From Meiothermus sp. (lineage in GTDB: Bacteria; Deinococcota; Deinococci; Deinococcales; Thermaceae), in NCBI GenBank assembly GCA_026004095.1, contig BPIL01000008.1, forward strand, positions 59,268 to 123,267: 64,000 nucleotides of DNA, read 5' to 3'. Below the pieces are notes generated by a model. It was not told the origin of the DNA, did not search any database, and saw only the letters and a list, made by a program, of their open reading frames with translations. This document shows positions 43,100-54,199 of the stretch, piece by piece (the first letter of the stretch is position 1; each line of letters begins with the position of its first letter). A program made the translations under genes and the position numbers.

Positions 43100-43387
43100 A
43101 AAGGCTTCCGGGCTAGGGACTTGCAGCAAGCCTTTGTCTTCGGTATGGACAGACCCCTGGACGTGAACGTGCCCAACCACCACCTGCGCCGTGTCCGGCT
43201 CGAGCACCCGGGCTTCCCCGAGGTCAGAATCCACAACCTGCGCCACACCGCCGCTTCCCTGTGGCTAGCCCAAAGTCTGGATGTTTCCCTGGCCGCGGAA
43301 AAGTTAGGCCATGCCAACCCTGGTGTGACCTCACAGGCGTACTGGCACTTGCTTCACGCGGAGCGCTGCCCCTCGAGGAGCTTCTAG
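43100..43387 (+). pseudogene. Tyrosine recombinase/integrase C-terminal remnant
   Basis: IHNLRHTAASL...LGHANPGVTSQAY (box II HxxR, LGH, Tyr) with no N-terminal domains; left boundary approximate. Confidence 0.8.
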
Positions 43388-43487
43388 GCGGGGTCAAGCA
43401 CCGAGCGTAAAACCCAATGGGGGTAAAGTTTGGGGGTAAAACGCAACCGGAGGCCACACCCGACCTCCGGTTTTTACGTTCTGGACT

Positions 43488-43564
<77 letters not shown>

Positions 43565-43577
43565 ACAGCGAGTTATG

Positions 43578-43644
43578 AGTATAGCGGTGGCCCCGCCAGA
43601 GGTCAAGCCAATGTGTTGACGTTTGGGCTTTTGGTGGCTAAACT
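43578..43644. promoter_or_regulatory. Back-to-back sigma-A promoters of the two tRNA genes
   Basis: Minus: TTGACC-17-TATACT (43606-43578); plus: TTGACG-17-TAAACT (43616-43644). Confidence 0.75.
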
Positions 43645-43683
43645 TGTGGATGCGCCTGAGGCTGTAACTCAGGTACAACCAAT

Positions 43684-43760
43684 CGAGGCGTAGCGCAGCC
43701 TGGTAGCGCACACCTTTGGGGTGGGTGTGGTCGGAGGTTCAAATCCTCTCGCCTCGACCA
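43684..43760 (+). tRNA. tRNA-Pro (GGG)
   Basis: CGAGGCG acceptor stem, anticodon loop TTGGGGT, GGTTCAAATCC, ACCA end. Confidence 0.95.
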
Positions 43761-43762
43761 AG

Positions 43763-43798
43763 AAAAAGCCGTTCAGGAAAAACCTGAGCGGCTTTTTT
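43763..43798 (+). terminator. Rho-independent terminator
   Basis: AAAAAGCCGTTCAGG-AAAAA-CCTGAGCGGCTTTTTT. Confidence 0.88.
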
Positions 43799-43944
43799 CG
43801 CGTGTGATATGTCATCGCTGCCGCAAGGGCACCTCGGGAGACCGGGCAAAACTTTTTACAGGCGAATCGCCCATCAAAATAGTTCTATGCTTTAGGGTGG
43901 AGGCTCCCCCAGCCCACCCCACAGGAGAGATACAAACAGCTTCT

Positions 43945-44703
43945 ATGGACGGCACGTTCGAACTTTTAGGGCCCATTGAGCTTCTACAGCTCCTTTCACA
44001 GGCCCGGCAGACCGGTGCTTTCAAAGTTCCGGGCGGGGAGGTCTACCTCGAGCACGGCCAGCCAGTGCATGCGCAGTACAGAGGCCAGGTCGGCAAAGAT
44101 GGGCTGTTTCAGATTCTGGCTCTCAAAGAGGGCAAGTTTCGCTTTTTAGCCGGTGAACGGGCCAAACAATCCAGCTTACAGGGCACGCTCGACAACTACC
44201 TGCTCGAGGCCATCCGCTTTATGGATGCCCGGCTCGACCTAAGCCCCTTCGACCAGGTGCAGCTCACCGACGCCCAACGCACCACCCATCTCACCCTCTC
44301 CCCCGACGAGTTTGAGCTGCTGCGGCACATGAGCAAGCCCATTAGCCTCTTCGATCTGGCCGCTGCCAGCGGTCTTTCTGGCGAGGTGGTGCAGCTCAAC
44401 GTGAGCCGCCTGGCCCGCCTGGGTTTGGTGCGCATTACCCCCCGCACCCCCCGCACCGTGCGTCTGGTGGTCGCCCGGCTCGAGGGGGCCCCCGAAGCCC
44501 GCATCGACACCCAGTTGCTGCGGGCCTGGCGCAGTCATTTTGGCTCCTTCACGCAAATTGAAGTGCGCGCGGAAGACCGCACCCTGCAAATGCCTGTGGC
44601 CGCCGCAAGCAACGCAGGCCCGCAGCTACTGCTCTCTTCCGATGCGCTCTTTTTCTATAACCTGCGGGTCGGGCAGGAGGTGCTGGTCTGGCCGTCGCTA
44701 TAA
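43945..44703 (+). CDS. DUF4388 (PatA-N-like) domain protein
   Basis: MDGTFELLGPIELLQLL..ARQTG...VYLEHGQPVHA...EGKFRF. Confidence 0.82.
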   Translation: MDGTFELLGPIELLQLLSQARQTGAFKVPGGEVYLEHGQPVHAQYRGQVGKDGLFQILALKEGKFRFLAGERAKQSSLQGTLDNYLLEAIRFMDARLDLSPFDQVQLTDAQRTTHLTLSPDEFELLRHMSKPISLFDLAAASGLSGEVVQLNVSRLARLGLVRITPRTPRTVRLVVARLEGAPEARIDTQLLRAWRSHFGSFTQIEVRAEDRTLQMPVAAASNAGPQLLLSSDALFFYNLRVGQEVLVWPSL

Positions 44704-44720
44704 AAGCCCTACAGCCCCAA

Positions 44721-45059
44721 CTAGCTTTTCTTACCCAGGCGCTCCTGAACAGCCCGGGCCAGCTCCTCGGCCCTGGCCCGGGCCTGCTCAGCCGCTTGCC
44801 TGGCCTGTTCGCCCAGGTTCTTAAGCTGGTCGGGAACACCGTCGCCGTCCCTGTCAAGGCTGGCCTTGAATTCCTCGAACTTGGCCCTGGCCTGCTCAGC
44901 GGCCTGTTTGGCCTGGTTCATCACACCCTCGAGCTGATCCGGCACCCCGTCGCCGTCCTTATCAAGGTTGGCCTTGACCTCGTTGAATTTAGCTTCGGCC
45001 TGTTTGAGTGCGTTTTCCGCAGCTTCACGGGCCTGGTTGACCAGCTCTTTGAAGTCCAT
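44721..45059 (-). CDS. Small helical repeat protein with two DxDGDGVPD loops
   Basis: RBS GGAGG; 36-aa tandem repeat containing LD(K/R)DGDGVPDQL. Confidence 0.85.
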   Translation of the reverse strand: MDFKELVNQAREAAENALKQAEAKFNEVKANLDKDGDGVPDQLEGVMNQAKQAAEQARAKFEEFKASLDRDGDGVPDQLKNLGEQARQAAEQARARAEELARAVQERLGKKS

Positions 45060-45112
45060 ACGGTCTCCTCCAACCCCAATCCTAGCACCCTGGCGTGACG
45101 TGGGTATGAAAG

Positions 45113-46603
45113 CTAGGCGTCCGCCCAGCTTTTAGCCCGCTCCACCGCTTTCTTCCAGCCGCTGTACAGCCGAGCCCGTTCCTCCTGGCCCATGGCCGGC
45201 TCAAAGCGCTTCTGCACGGCCCAGCGCTGGGCAATTTGCGCTTGGGTAAGCAGTCCCACCCCCACCCCGGCCAGGTAGGCGGCCCCCAGGGCGGTGGTCT
45301 CGGTCACCTGGGGCCGCACCACCGGGGTACCCAGGATGTCCGCCTGGAATTGCATCAAAAGATCGTTGACGGTGGCGCCCCCGTCCACCCGCAGCTCGGA
45401 GAGCTTCAGCCCGGCATCGGCCTCCATGGCCTCGAGCACATCCCGGCTCTGGTAGGCGATGGCCTCCAAAGCAGCCCGGGCCAGGTGGGCCTTGCTGGAG
45501 CCGCGGGTCAGACCCACAATGGTTCCCCGGGCGTAGGCATCCCAGTAGGGCGCGCCCAGTCCCACAAACGCCGGCACCAGGTAGACCCCATCGGTGCTGC
45601 TCACCTGGCGGGCCAGGCTTTCGACCTGGCTCGAGTTTTGAATAATCCCCAGGCCGTCCCGCAGCCACTGCACCACCGCCCCCGCCACAAACACCGAGCC
45701 CTCGAGGGCGTACTCGGGCGGCCCCCCTTCCAACTGCCAGGCCAGCGTGGTCAAAAGGCCGTTCTGCGAGGCCACCCGCTCCTGCCCGGTGTGCATCAGC
45801 AAGAAGCAGCCGGTGCCGTAGGTGTTCTTAGCCATGCCGGGGGAAAAGCAGGCCTGCCCAAACAGAGCCGCCTGCTGGTCGCCCGCCACCCCGGCAATCG
45901 GGATGGGGGCCCCAAACAGCTCGGGGAGGGTCTCGCCGAACAGCCCCGCCGAAGGGCGCACCTCCGGCAGCAGGGCCTTGGGAATACCCAGGATGCCCAG
46001 CAGGTCTTCGTCCCACTGTAAGGTTTGCAGGTTAAAAAGCAGGGTGCGCGAGGCATTGGAGACATCGGTGGCGTGTACCCGGCCCCCGGTCAGGTTGTAG
46101 ATGAGCCAGCTATCTATGGTGCCAAAGCACAGCTCGCCCTTCCCGGCCCGCTCCCGCAGCCCCGGTACGTTCTCCAGCAGCCACTTGACCTTGGTGCCCG
46201 AAAAGTAGGCGTCCAGCACCAGTCCGGTTTTCTGGTGGAACAGGCCCTCGTAGCCTCCTTTGCGCAACTCATCGCAGAGGGGGGCGGTGCGGCGATCCTG
46301 CCAGACGATGGCCCGGTGCACCGGCCTGCCGGTGGCCCGCTCCCACAGCACGGTGGTCTCGCGCTGGTTGGTGATCCCAATGGCCGCAATCTCGCTGGGC
46401 TGAACGGCCGCCCGCTGGATGGCCTCCTGGGCTACCTGGAGCTGGGTCTGCCAGATTTCCAGGGGGTCGTGCTCGACCCAGCCCGGCTGGGGAAAGTGCT
46501 GCACAAACTCCTGCTGGGCCATGGCCTGGGGCTGGCCTTCCAGGTCGAAGACAATCGCCCGGCTGCTGGTGGTTCCCTGGTCGAGGGCAAGGATGTAGGG
46601 CAT
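45113..46603 (-). CDS. glpK: Glycerol kinase
   Basis: [39 protein letters not shown]. Confidence 0.97.
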   Translation of the reverse strand: MPYILALDQGTTSSRAIVFDLEGQPQAMAQQEFVQHFPQPGWVEHDPLEIWQTQLQVAQEAIQRAAVQPSEIAAIGITNQRETTVLWERATGRPVHRAIVWQDRRTAPLCDELRKGGYEGLFHQKTGLVLDAYFSGTKVKWLLENVPGLRERAGKGELCFGTIDSWLIYNLTGGRVHATDVSNASRTLLFNLQTLQWDEDLLGILGIPKALLPEVRPSAGLFGETLPELFGAPIPIAGVAGDQQAALFGQACFSPGMAKNTYGTGCFLLMHTGQERVASQNGLLTTLAWQLEGGPPEYALEGSVFVAGAVVQWLRDGLGIIQNSSQVESLARQVSSTDGVYLVPAFVGLGAPYWDAYARGTIVGLTRGSSKAHLARAALEAIAYQSRDVLEAMEADAGLKLSELRVDGGATVNDLLMQFQADILGTPVVRPQVTETTALGAAYLAGVGVGLLTQAQIAQRWAVQKRFEPAMGQEERARLYSGWKKAVERAKSWADA

Positions 46604-46772
46604 GGATTCCTCCTAAAGCTGGCTATATAGCAGAACTGTACTTTTTGCGCTTCCGGCCCGTGGACTAAAAAGCCGTACCAGGCATCCGCGGGTGCTACGC
46701 CCGGGTTGAGTATATGGCAGTGGCCGCCACGCGCAACGGGCATTCGTGTACACACTCTATGCAGCGCAGGAT

Positions 46773-46810
46773 TTATGTTTGTTCCATAATCGCGCCGATT
46801 GGAGTATAAT
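46773..46810 (+). promoter_or_regulatory. Putative gyrA promoter with a 17-bp RDRM-like palindrome
   Basis: TTATG-N7-CATAA at 46773-46789 over the -35 position; TATAAT at 46805. Confidence 0.55.
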
Positions 46811-46873
46811 GGGGTGCTGAATATAAAGCGCGTTCGTATGCGCTTTTTTTGTGTCGCACACAGGAGATATTGA

Positions 46874-49294
46874 ATGTCCCAGGTCTTACCCGTTGAAATC
46901 ACCGACGAAGTCAAACAAAGCTTTATCAACTACGCGATGTCGGTCATCGTCGACCGGGCCCTGCCCGATGTGCGCGACGGCCTCAAGCCGGTACAGCGGC
47001 GCATCCTCTACGGAGCCTACCAGGACGGCGTACTGCCCAGCCGCAAACATGTCAAATGCGCCAAGATTGTGGGCGAGGTGATGGGTAAGTTTCACCCCCA
47101 CGGCGACGCCGCCATCTACGACACCCTGGTGCGCCTGGCCCAGCCCTGGAACCTGCGTTACCCCCTGATCGACGGGCAGGGCAACTTTGGCTCGGTGGAC
47201 GGCGACCCCCCAGCGGCCCAGCGCTACACCGAGGCCCGGCTCTCCAGTATCGGCCTCGAGCTGCTGCAAGACCTCGATAAAGAAACCGTGCCCTTTGTGC
47301 CCAACTACGACGGCACCCAGGAGCAGCCCGAGGTGCTGCCCGCCGCCCTGCCCAACCTGCTGGTCAACGGCTCGGCGGGGATTGCCGTGGGTATGGCCAC
47401 CAGCCTCCCACCCCACAACCTGGCCGAGGTGGTGGACGCCCTGGTACTGATGATCGACAACCCCGGGGTCACCCTCGAGGAGGTCATGAAGGTGCTGCCC
47501 GGCCCCGACTTCCCCACCGGCGCCAAGCTCTCGCGCCGGGGCATCAAGGAGGCCTACGCCACCGGGCGCGGCAGCCTCAAGGTGCGGGCCCGGGTGCGCC
47601 ACGAGGAGAAAAACGGGCGGGCCATGCTGGTCTTCACCGAGATTCCTTACCAGGTCAACAAGGCCGACCTGATCGCCCAGATCGCCTCGCTGGTGCGCAA
47701 CAAGGTGATCGACGAGATCGCAGCCTTGCGCGACGAGTCGGATCGCCAGGGGATGCGCATTGCGGTGGAGCTCAAACGCGGGGCCAACCCCCAGGTGGTG
47801 CTCAACAAGCTCTACAAACACTCCCGCCTGCAGACCAGCTTCACCGTGAACCTGCTGGCGATTGTCAAGGGCGAGCCCAAGGTGCTCACCCTGCTGGAAC
47901 TCATGCGCCACTACCTCGACCACCGGGGCCTGGTGGTGCGCAAGCGCACCGAGTACGAGCTGCGCAAGGCCAGGGAGCGGGCCCACGTGCTCGAGGGGCT
48001 CCTGATTGCCCTCGACCACATCGACGAGGTGATCGCCCTGATCCGGGGCTCGCAGGATGCCGCCGAAGCCCGCGCCGGGCTGATGAGCCGCTTCAGCCTG
48101 ACCGAGGTGCAGGCCCAGGCCATCCTGGACATGCGTTTGCAGCGGCTGGTGGGCCTCGAGCGCGACAAACTCCAGGCCGAGTACCGCGAGCTGATGGAGG
48201 AGATTGGCCGGCTCGAGGCCATCCTGGGCGACGAGAAGCGGTTGTGGCAGGTGGTGAGGGACGAGCTGCTGGAAATCAAGCACAAATACGGCGACCAGCG
48301 GCGCACCCAGATTACCGAGTTCGAGGAGGGCTTCAGCCTCGAGGATCTGATTGAGGACGAGCCGATGGTCATCACCCTGACCAGCCAGGGCTTCGTCAAG
48401 CGCACCCCGCTCGAGGCCTACCGGGCCCAGGGCCGCGGCGGCATGGGAGCCCAGGCCGGCAAAACCAAGGAAGAAGACGAGGCCATCTCGGTGTTTGTGG
48501 CCTCGATGCACGACACCCTGCTGATCTTCACCAACCGCGGCCGGGTCTACGGCGAGAAAGTCCACGAGCTGCCCGAGGCCAGCCGGCAGGCTCGAGGCAC
48601 CCACATCGTGAGCCTGCTGCCCTTGCAAGAGGGCGAGGAGGTTGCGGCCCTGCTCAACGTGCGCGACCTGACCCAGGAAGGCTACTTTGTGTTTGCCACC
48701 AAAAACGGCCTTATCAAGAAAACCGAGATTAAGGAGTACCAGAACTTGAGCAGCGCCGGCCTGATCGCCATCAATCTGCTAGAAAACGATGCCCTGGTGG
48801 GGGTGGCTATCGCCCAGGAAGGCGACCAGGTCATGCTCGCAACCCAGAGCGGCCAGGCCATCCGCTTCGAACTCTCGGACGTGCGGGCCACCGGACGGGC
48901 CAGCCAGGGCGTGACCGGCATCCGCTTCAAAGAAGGCCGCGACGACCGGGTGGTCTCGCTGGTGATTCTGCCTAAAGACGAGGAGAGCGAGGTGCTGGCA
49001 GTGGGCAGCCATGGCTATGGCAAGCGCACCCCCATCTCCGAGTACCCCCTGCAGGGCCGGGGCGGCATGGGGGTGATCACCTTCAACACCAACGAAAAGG
49101 TGGGACAGTTGGCGGCCCTGATGCGCGTACAGGGGAACGAAGACCTGCTGGTGCTCTCGCGGCGGGGCAACGCCATCCGCACCAAGGTTTCCAGCATAGC
49201 CCAGTACGGGCGGGCCACCAGCGGGGTCAAGGTGATGAACCTGAGCGATCGGGATGAGATCGCCTCGGCCTTTGTGATTGCACCGCAGGATTAG
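46874..49294 (+). CDS. gyrA: DNA gyrase subunit A
   Basis: [25 protein letters not shown] active-site Tyr, GyrA box QGRGGMG. Confidence 0.98.
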   Translation: MSQVLPVEITDEVKQSFINYAMSVIVDRALPDVRDGLKPVQRRILYGAYQDGVLPSRKHVKCAKIVGEVMGKFHPHGDAAIYDTLVRLAQPWNLRYPLIDGQGNFGSVDGDPPAAQRYTEARLSSIGLELLQDLDKETVPFVPNYDGTQEQPEVLPAALPNLLVNGSAGIAVGMATSLPPHNLAEVVDALVLMIDNPGVTLEEVMKVLPGPDFPTGAKLSRRGIKEAYATGRGSLKVRARVRHEEKNGRAMLVFTEIPYQVNKADLIAQIASLVRNKVIDEIAALRDESDRQGMRIAVELKRGANPQVVLNKLYKHSRLQTSFTVNLLAIVKGEPKVLTLLELMRHYLDHRGLVVRKRTEYELRKARERAHVLEGLLIALDHIDEVIALIRGSQDAAEARAGLMSRFSLTEVQAQAILDMRLQRLVGLERDKLQAEYRELMEEIGRLEAILGDEKRLWQVVRDELLEIKHKYGDQRRTQITEFEEGFSLEDLIEDEPMVITLTSQGFVKRTPLEAYRAQGRGGMGAQAGKTKEEDEAISVFVASMHDTLLIFTNRGRVYGEKVHELPEASRQARGTHIVSLLPLQEGEEVAALLNVRDLTQEGYFVFATKNGLIKKTEIKEYQNLSSAGLIAINLLENDALVGVAIAQEGDQVMLATQSGQAIRFELSDVRATGRASQGVTGIRFKEGRDDRVVSLVILPKDEESEVLAVGSHGYGKRTPISEYPLQGRGGMGVITFNTNEKVGQLAALMRVQGNEDLLVLSRRGNAIRTKVSSIAQYGRATSGVKVMNLSDRDEIASAFVIAPQD

Positions 49295-49323
49295 GCGCCC
49301 TCGAGCGGCATACAATAACTGGC

Positions 49324-49836
49324 ATGTCCGAGAGCACCGCCAAGCACAGGGAGATTGCCAGGGCCCGGGGCCCGGTGAACCTCGCCATCGTGACGGTCTC
49401 CGATACCCGTACCCCCGAGACCGACACCAACTACCACTACCTTAAGCCCGAAATTGAGGCGCTGGGGCACAGGGTGGTGGGCTACCGCATCATCAAGGAC
49501 GAGCCCGAGCAGGTGGCCCAGGCCCTCGAGGAGATGGTGCAGGCCGGGGCGCAGATTATCTTGTTCAACGGCGGCACCGGCATCGCCCCGCGCGACACCA
49601 CCTACGACGTGCTGGCCCGCAAGATCGAGAAACCCATGCCAGGCTTCGGCGAGCTGTTCCGGATGCTCTCCTACAGCGAGGTGGGGGCCGCGGCCATGCT
49701 CTCGCGGGCCACTGCCGGCACCTACCGTAAAAAGGTGGTGATCTCCACCCCCGGCTCGCCCAATGCGGTGAAGGTGGCCTGGGAAAAGCTGATCAAGCCC
49801 GAACTCGAGCACCTGGCCTGGGAAGTGGCCCGGTAG
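49324..49836 (+). CDS. moaB: Molybdenum cofactor biosynthesis protein, MoaB/Mog family
   Basis: [32 protein letters not shown]. Confidence 0.92.
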   Translation: MSESTAKHREIARARGPVNLAIVTVSDTRTPETDTNYHYLKPEIEALGHRVVGYRIIKDEPEQVAQALEEMVQAGAQIILFNGGTGIAPRDTTYDVLARKIEKPMPGFGELFRMLSYSEVGAAAMLSRATAGTYRKKVVISTPGSPNAVKVAWEKLIKPELEHLAWEVAR

Positions 49837-49906
49837 TTCTTCCTCTGTCCTGCACAACACAAGCGCCCATCCTTGAACCCGGCTACTTGGGGGTATCATG
49901 GGGAGC

Positions 49907-52459
49907 ATGACCCTCAAGGGCCAGGGGCCGGGGCCCCTACCACCTCTGCTCGAACAGTACGTCGAATTGCGGGACGCTTATCCCGATTACCTGCTGCTAT
50001 TCCAGGTCGGCGACTTTTACGAAGCCTTCGGCGAGGACGCCGAGCGGCTCTCCAGGGCCCTGAACCTTACCCTGACCCACAAAACCGCCAAGGACTTCAC
50101 CACCCCCATGGCCGGCATTCCGGTGCGCTCGGTGGACGTGCACCTGGAAAAACTGCTCAAGCTGGGCTTCCGGGTGGCAGTGGCCGACCAGGTCGAGCTG
50201 GCCGAAGAGGCCGACAAGCTGGTGCGCCGCGAGGTCACGCAACTGCTCACCCCCGGCACCATCCTGCGCGAGAACCTGTTGAAGCCCGAAGCCAACTACC
50301 TGGCCGCCATCAGCACCGGCGACGGCTACGGCCTGGCCCTGCTGGACGTCTCCACCGGGGAGTTTCGGGGCAGCGTGCTCTATAGCAAAAGCGCCCTCTA
50401 CGACGAGCTTTTCCGCTTCCGGCCCGCCGAGGTGCTGCTGGCCCCGGAGCTGTACCACAACCCCACCTTTTTGCAGGAGTTCCAGCGGCGCTTTCCGGTG
50501 ATGCTCTCGGAGGAGGGCTTTCAGGACGAGGTGGGGAAAGCCGCCCTGCACAAGCAGTTCGACCCCCTGCCCGCCGGCCTCGAGCACCCCGCGCTGCAGC
50601 GTTCGGCGGGGGCGGTGCTGGCCTACGCCCTGCGGGTGCAGGAAAACGGGCTGCCCCAGGTGCGCAGCTTCGTGCGCTACGACCCCGGCGCCTTCATGCA
50701 GCTCAGCGAGGCCACCCTGCGCACCCTGGAGATCTTCGAGCCCAGCTTTGTGGGCGACCGCAGCGAGGAGCGCACCCTCCTGGGGGTGCTGGGTCTGACC
50801 CGCACCGCGCCGGGGCGCCGCCTGTTGCGGGCCTGGCTGCGGCATCCGCTGGTGGAGGAAGCCCCCCTGCAAGCCCGGCTGGATGCGGTGGAGGCCCTGG
50901 TAAAGGACGGGGTGCTGCGGGCCGAGGTGCGCAAGGTGCTCTACCGAATGCACGACCTCGAGCGCCTGGCCGCCCGCCTGCTGGCCGGACGGGCCAGCCC
51001 CCGCGACCTTGCGGCCTTGCAGCGCAGCCTGGCGCTGCTGCCCGAGCTGGCCGGACTGCTGGCCGGGGTAGGGCCGCTCCTGAGCGTATCCGAGCGCCTG
51101 CCCCAGCCGGTGGCGGTGGCCGAGCAGATCGCCACGGCGCTGGTAGAAGATCCACCGCTCAAAATTACCGACGGCGGCCTGATCCGCGAGGGCTTCGACC
51201 CCGAGTTGGACGAGCTGCGTCAGCGGGCCGAGGAGGGGCGGGCCTGGATCGCCCGGCTGGAGAGCGAGGCGCGCGAGAAGACCGGCATCCCCAACCTGAA
51301 GGTGGGCTACAACGCGGTGTTTGGGTATTACCTCGAGGTCACCCGGCCCCACTACGCCCTGGTGCCCCAGGACTGGCGGGCCCTGCAAACCCTCAAAGAC
51401 CGCATGCGCTTTAGCACACCCGAACTCAAGGAGCAGGAGCGCAGAATTCTGCAGGCCGAGACCGAGGCCGTCAAGCGCGAGTACGCGGTCTTCCTCGAGC
51501 TGCGCGAACGGGTGGCCCAGGCCGCCGACGAGGTGCGCCAGGCTGCCCAGGTGCTGGCCGAGCTGGACGTGTACGCTGCACTGGCTGAGGCCGCGGTGGA
51601 GTACAGCTACAGCCGCCCCCGCTTCTCCCGGGATGGAACCCTGCAGATTGTGGCCGGGCGTCACCCGGTGGTGGAACGCAACAACCCCTTCATCCCCAAC
51701 GATCTTTCGCTGAGCCCGGCGGCCCGGCTGCTGATCCTGACCGGCCCCAACATGGCCGGCAAATCCACCTACCTGCGGCAGACCGCCCTGATCGCCCTGC
51801 TGGCCCAGGTGGGCTCCTTCGTGCCCGCCGAGTCGGCCACCCTGCCCCTCTTCGACCGCATCTACACCCGGATTGGGGCCTCCGACGATATCGCCGGCGG
51901 GCGCAGCACCTTTATGGTGGAGATGGACGAGCTGGCCGGCATCCTGCAGGGGGCCACGCCCAGGAGCCTGGTACTGCTGGACGAGATCGGGCGCGGCACC
52001 AGCACCTACGACGGGCTGGCCCTGGCCTGGGCGGCCTGCGAGTATCTGCACGACCAGGTGCGGGCCTACACCCTGTTTGCCACCCACTACTTCGAGCTCA
52101 CCGCCCTGCCCCTGCGCATGGCCGCGGCCCGCAACGCCCACGTAGCTGCCAAAGAGGAAGCAGGGGGGCTGGTGTTTTATCACCAGGTTCTGCCTGGCCC
52201 GGCTAGCCAGAGCTACGGCCTCGAGGTAGCCCGGCTGGCAGGGCTCCCCCAGGCCGTCTTGCAGCGGGCCAGAAGCGTGCTAGAGAGTCTGGAAGCCAGC
52301 CAGAAGGGGCTGTCCAAGGAGATTCTGGAAGAGCTTTTGCAGCTCGACCTGGCCCGTACCAGCCCCCTGGAGGCCTTGCTGTTCCTGCGCCGGCTGCAGG
52401 ACCAGCTCCGGGGCCTGGCCCCCCAGGAGGCCGAAGCGGAACGCCTTTCGCAGGTATGA
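49907..52459 (+). CDS. mutS: DNA mismatch repair protein MutS
   Basis: GDFYE, TGPNMAGKST, GRSTFMVEM, DEIGRGTS; start 49907 preferred (7 nt after TATCAT), 49898 is the alternative. Confidence 0.97.
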   Translation: MTLKGQGPGPLPPLLEQYVELRDAYPDYLLLFQVGDFYEAFGEDAERLSRALNLTLTHKTAKDFTTPMAGIPVRSVDVHLEKLLKLGFRVAVADQVELAEEADKLVRREVTQLLTPGTILRENLLKPEANYLAAISTGDGYGLALLDVSTGEFRGSVLYSKSALYDELFRFRPAEVLLAPELYHNPTFLQEFQRRFPVMLSEEGFQDEVGKAALHKQFDPLPAGLEHPALQRSAGAVLAYALRVQENGLPQVRSFVRYDPGAFMQLSEATLRTLEIFEPSFVGDRSEERTLLGVLGLTRTAPGRRLLRAWLRHPLVEEAPLQARLDAVEALVKDGVLRAEVRKVLYRMHDLERLAARLLAGRASPRDLAALQRSLALLPELAGLLAGVGPLLSVSERLPQPVAVAEQIATALVEDPPLKITDGGLIREGFDPELDELRQRAEEGRAWIARLESEAREKTGIPNLKVGYNAVFGYYLEVTRPHYALVPQDWRALQTLKDRMRFSTPELKEQERRILQAETEAVKREYAVFLELRERVAQAADEVRQAAQVLAELDVYAALAEAAVEYSYSRPRFSRDGTLQIVAGRHPVVERNNPFIPNDLSLSPAARLLILTGPNMAGKSTYLRQTALIALLAQVGSFVPAESATLPLFDRIYTRIGASDDIAGGRSTFMVEMDELAGILQGATPRSLVLLDEIGRGTSTYDGLALAWAACEYLHDQVRAYTLFATHYFELTALPLRMAAARNAHVAAKEEAGGLVFYHQVLPGPASQSYGLEVARLAGLPQAVLQRARSVLESLEASQKGLSKEILEELLQLDLARTSPLEALLFLRRLQDQLRGLAPQEAEAERLSQV

Positions 52460-54090
52460 TTCGCAAACTGCCACCCGAACTCATCCGCGAGATTGCCGCC
52501 GGTGAGGTGATCTCGGGCCCCGCCGACGTGGTGCGGGAGCTGCTTGAGAACGCCCTGGACGCGGGCGCCACCCGGCTTTATATCGAGCTGTGGGGCGGGG
52601 GGCTGGACAAAATCGTAGTCCGCGACAACGGCCTGGGCATCCCCAAGGAGGAGCTGGAACTGGCCCTCGAGCACCACACCACCAGCAAGCTCACCGACCT
52701 GCAAAATATCCACACCCTGGGCTTTCGGGGGGAGGGGCTGTGGGCCATCCGCCAGGCCGCCCGGGTGCGGCTCACCTCGAGGCCCCCCCAGCAGCTCGGC
52801 GGGGCCACCCTGACGGCTTTTCAGGACAAAACCGAGCTGCTCGAACACCCTGCCCCCGCCGGAACCCAGGTCGAGGTGACGGCGCTCTTCTGTCACCTGC
52901 CCGCCCGCCGCAACGCCCTCGAGGCCCCCGCCGCCGAGGCGCGCAAGGTGGTGCACCTGGTCTCGCGCTACCTGCTGCACCGCCCGGAAATAGCCCTGCG
53001 GCTGGTGGTGGACGGCGAGGAAAAAATTGCCCACGCCGGGGGTGGCTTTGCAGAGGTGGTCAAGCTGCTGTGGGGCTCGGTGGTCGCCAACCGGCTGCTG
53101 CCGCTCGAGGCCGCCGAGGGGCCTTTTACCCTGCGGGGCCTGCTCTCCAGGCCGGAACTCTCCCGCCCCCGGCGCGACCGGCTGCTGCTGGCGCTCAACC
53201 GGCGCCCGGTGGAGTGGCCCGAGCCTTTGCTACAAGCGGTGCTGGCCGCCTACAAGGAACTTCTCCCCGCCGGCCAGTTTCCGGTGGGGGTGCTGAACCT
53301 GGAGCTTCCCACCGATCACCTGCTTATCAACACCTCGCCCGACAAGTCCAGGGTCAGGCTCATCCGGCCCGAGGCCATCCTGGGCTTTGTCTCCCAGGCC
53401 GTGCAGGGACTGCTCTCGGCCCACCCCCTGGCCCGCGCCCTGCCCGAACCCACCCCCCTCACCGGCCCGGCCCCGGTGCAGCGGGCCCACTTCCCGCACC
53501 TGCGCTACCTGGGCAGCTTCCGCGAGCTGTACCTGCTGGCCGAGGCCGGAGACGAGCTGTATGTGGTGGATCAGCACGCCGCTCACGAGCGCATCCTCTA
53601 CGAGGAGCTGTCGCGCCGCTACCTCGAGGAGCCCCCGCTCGAGCTGCCCCACCCCGAGCTGCTTTCCTTGAGCCTGGGCGAAGAGATGAACCTGGCCGAA
53701 CGGCTGGAGGCGCTCGAGCAGGCCGGGTTGCAGATCGAACCCTTTGGCCCTGGCAGGTACCGCGTCCGCACCATACCAGCCTTCCTGGCTGGCTACCCCT
53801 CGCTGGTGGGCGAGGTAGTGAAGGGCAGCCTGGGGGCCTCGAGCTTCGCTGCTGCCTGGCGCACAGTACTGGCCCGGCTGGCCTGCCTGCCGGCCATCAA
53901 GGCCGGACACCCGCTCTCCAGCGCCTCGGCCCAGGCCCTGCTGGACGCGCTGGCCGGCTGCGAACTGCCCTGGGTCTGCCCACACGGGCGGCCCACTGTG
54001 CTGGTACTGAGCGAGGGCGAGCTGGCCCGGCGCTTTGGCCGACGGGGCGTGCGCGCGGTGGTGGAGCCCAGTCCACAGCGCAGCGAGTAG
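52456..54090 (+). CDS. mutL: DNA mismatch repair protein MutL
   Basis: IAAGEV, ELLENALDAGA, GFRGEGL, DQHAAHERILYE, CPHGRP. Confidence 0.97.
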   Translation: MIRKLPPELIREIAAGEVISGPADVVRELLENALDAGATRLYIELWGGGLDKIVVRDNGLGIPKEELELALEHHTTSKLTDLQNIHTLGFRGEGLWAIRQAARVRLTSRPPQQLGGATLTAFQDKTELLEHPAPAGTQVEVTALFCHLPARRNALEAPAAEARKVVHLVSRYLLHRPEIALRLVVDGEEKIAHAGGGFAEVVKLLWGSVVANRLLPLEAAEGPFTLRGLLSRPELSRPRRDRLLLALNRRPVEWPEPLLQAVLAAYKELLPAGQFPVGVLNLELPTDHLLINTSPDKSRVRLIRPEAILGFVSQAVQGLLSAHPLARALPEPTPLTGPAPVQRAHFPHLRYLGSFRELYLLAEAGDELYVVDQHAAHERILYEELSRRYLEEPPLELPHPELLSLSLGEEMNLAERLEALEQAGLQIEPFGPGRYRVRTIPAFLAGYPSLVGEVVKGSLGASSFAAAWRTVLARLACLPAIKAGHPLSSASAQALLDALAGCELPWVCPHGRPTVLVLSEGELARRFGRRGVRAVVEPSPQRSE

Positions 54091-54199
54091 CCCCTGTGCC
54101 ATACCCCTCTTGAGTATCCTGGGGCCGAGGGGTATAGTTGGGGGGAATCTACAACCAGTCTCAGACTTCTTTTCCGCTGGGTAACCCAAGGAGGCCATC

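Noticed and set aside
54091-54199. Possible Moco riboswitch before the molybdoenzyme
   Set aside because: I could not recognise the conserved Moco RNA stems; an Rfam covariance search would be needed
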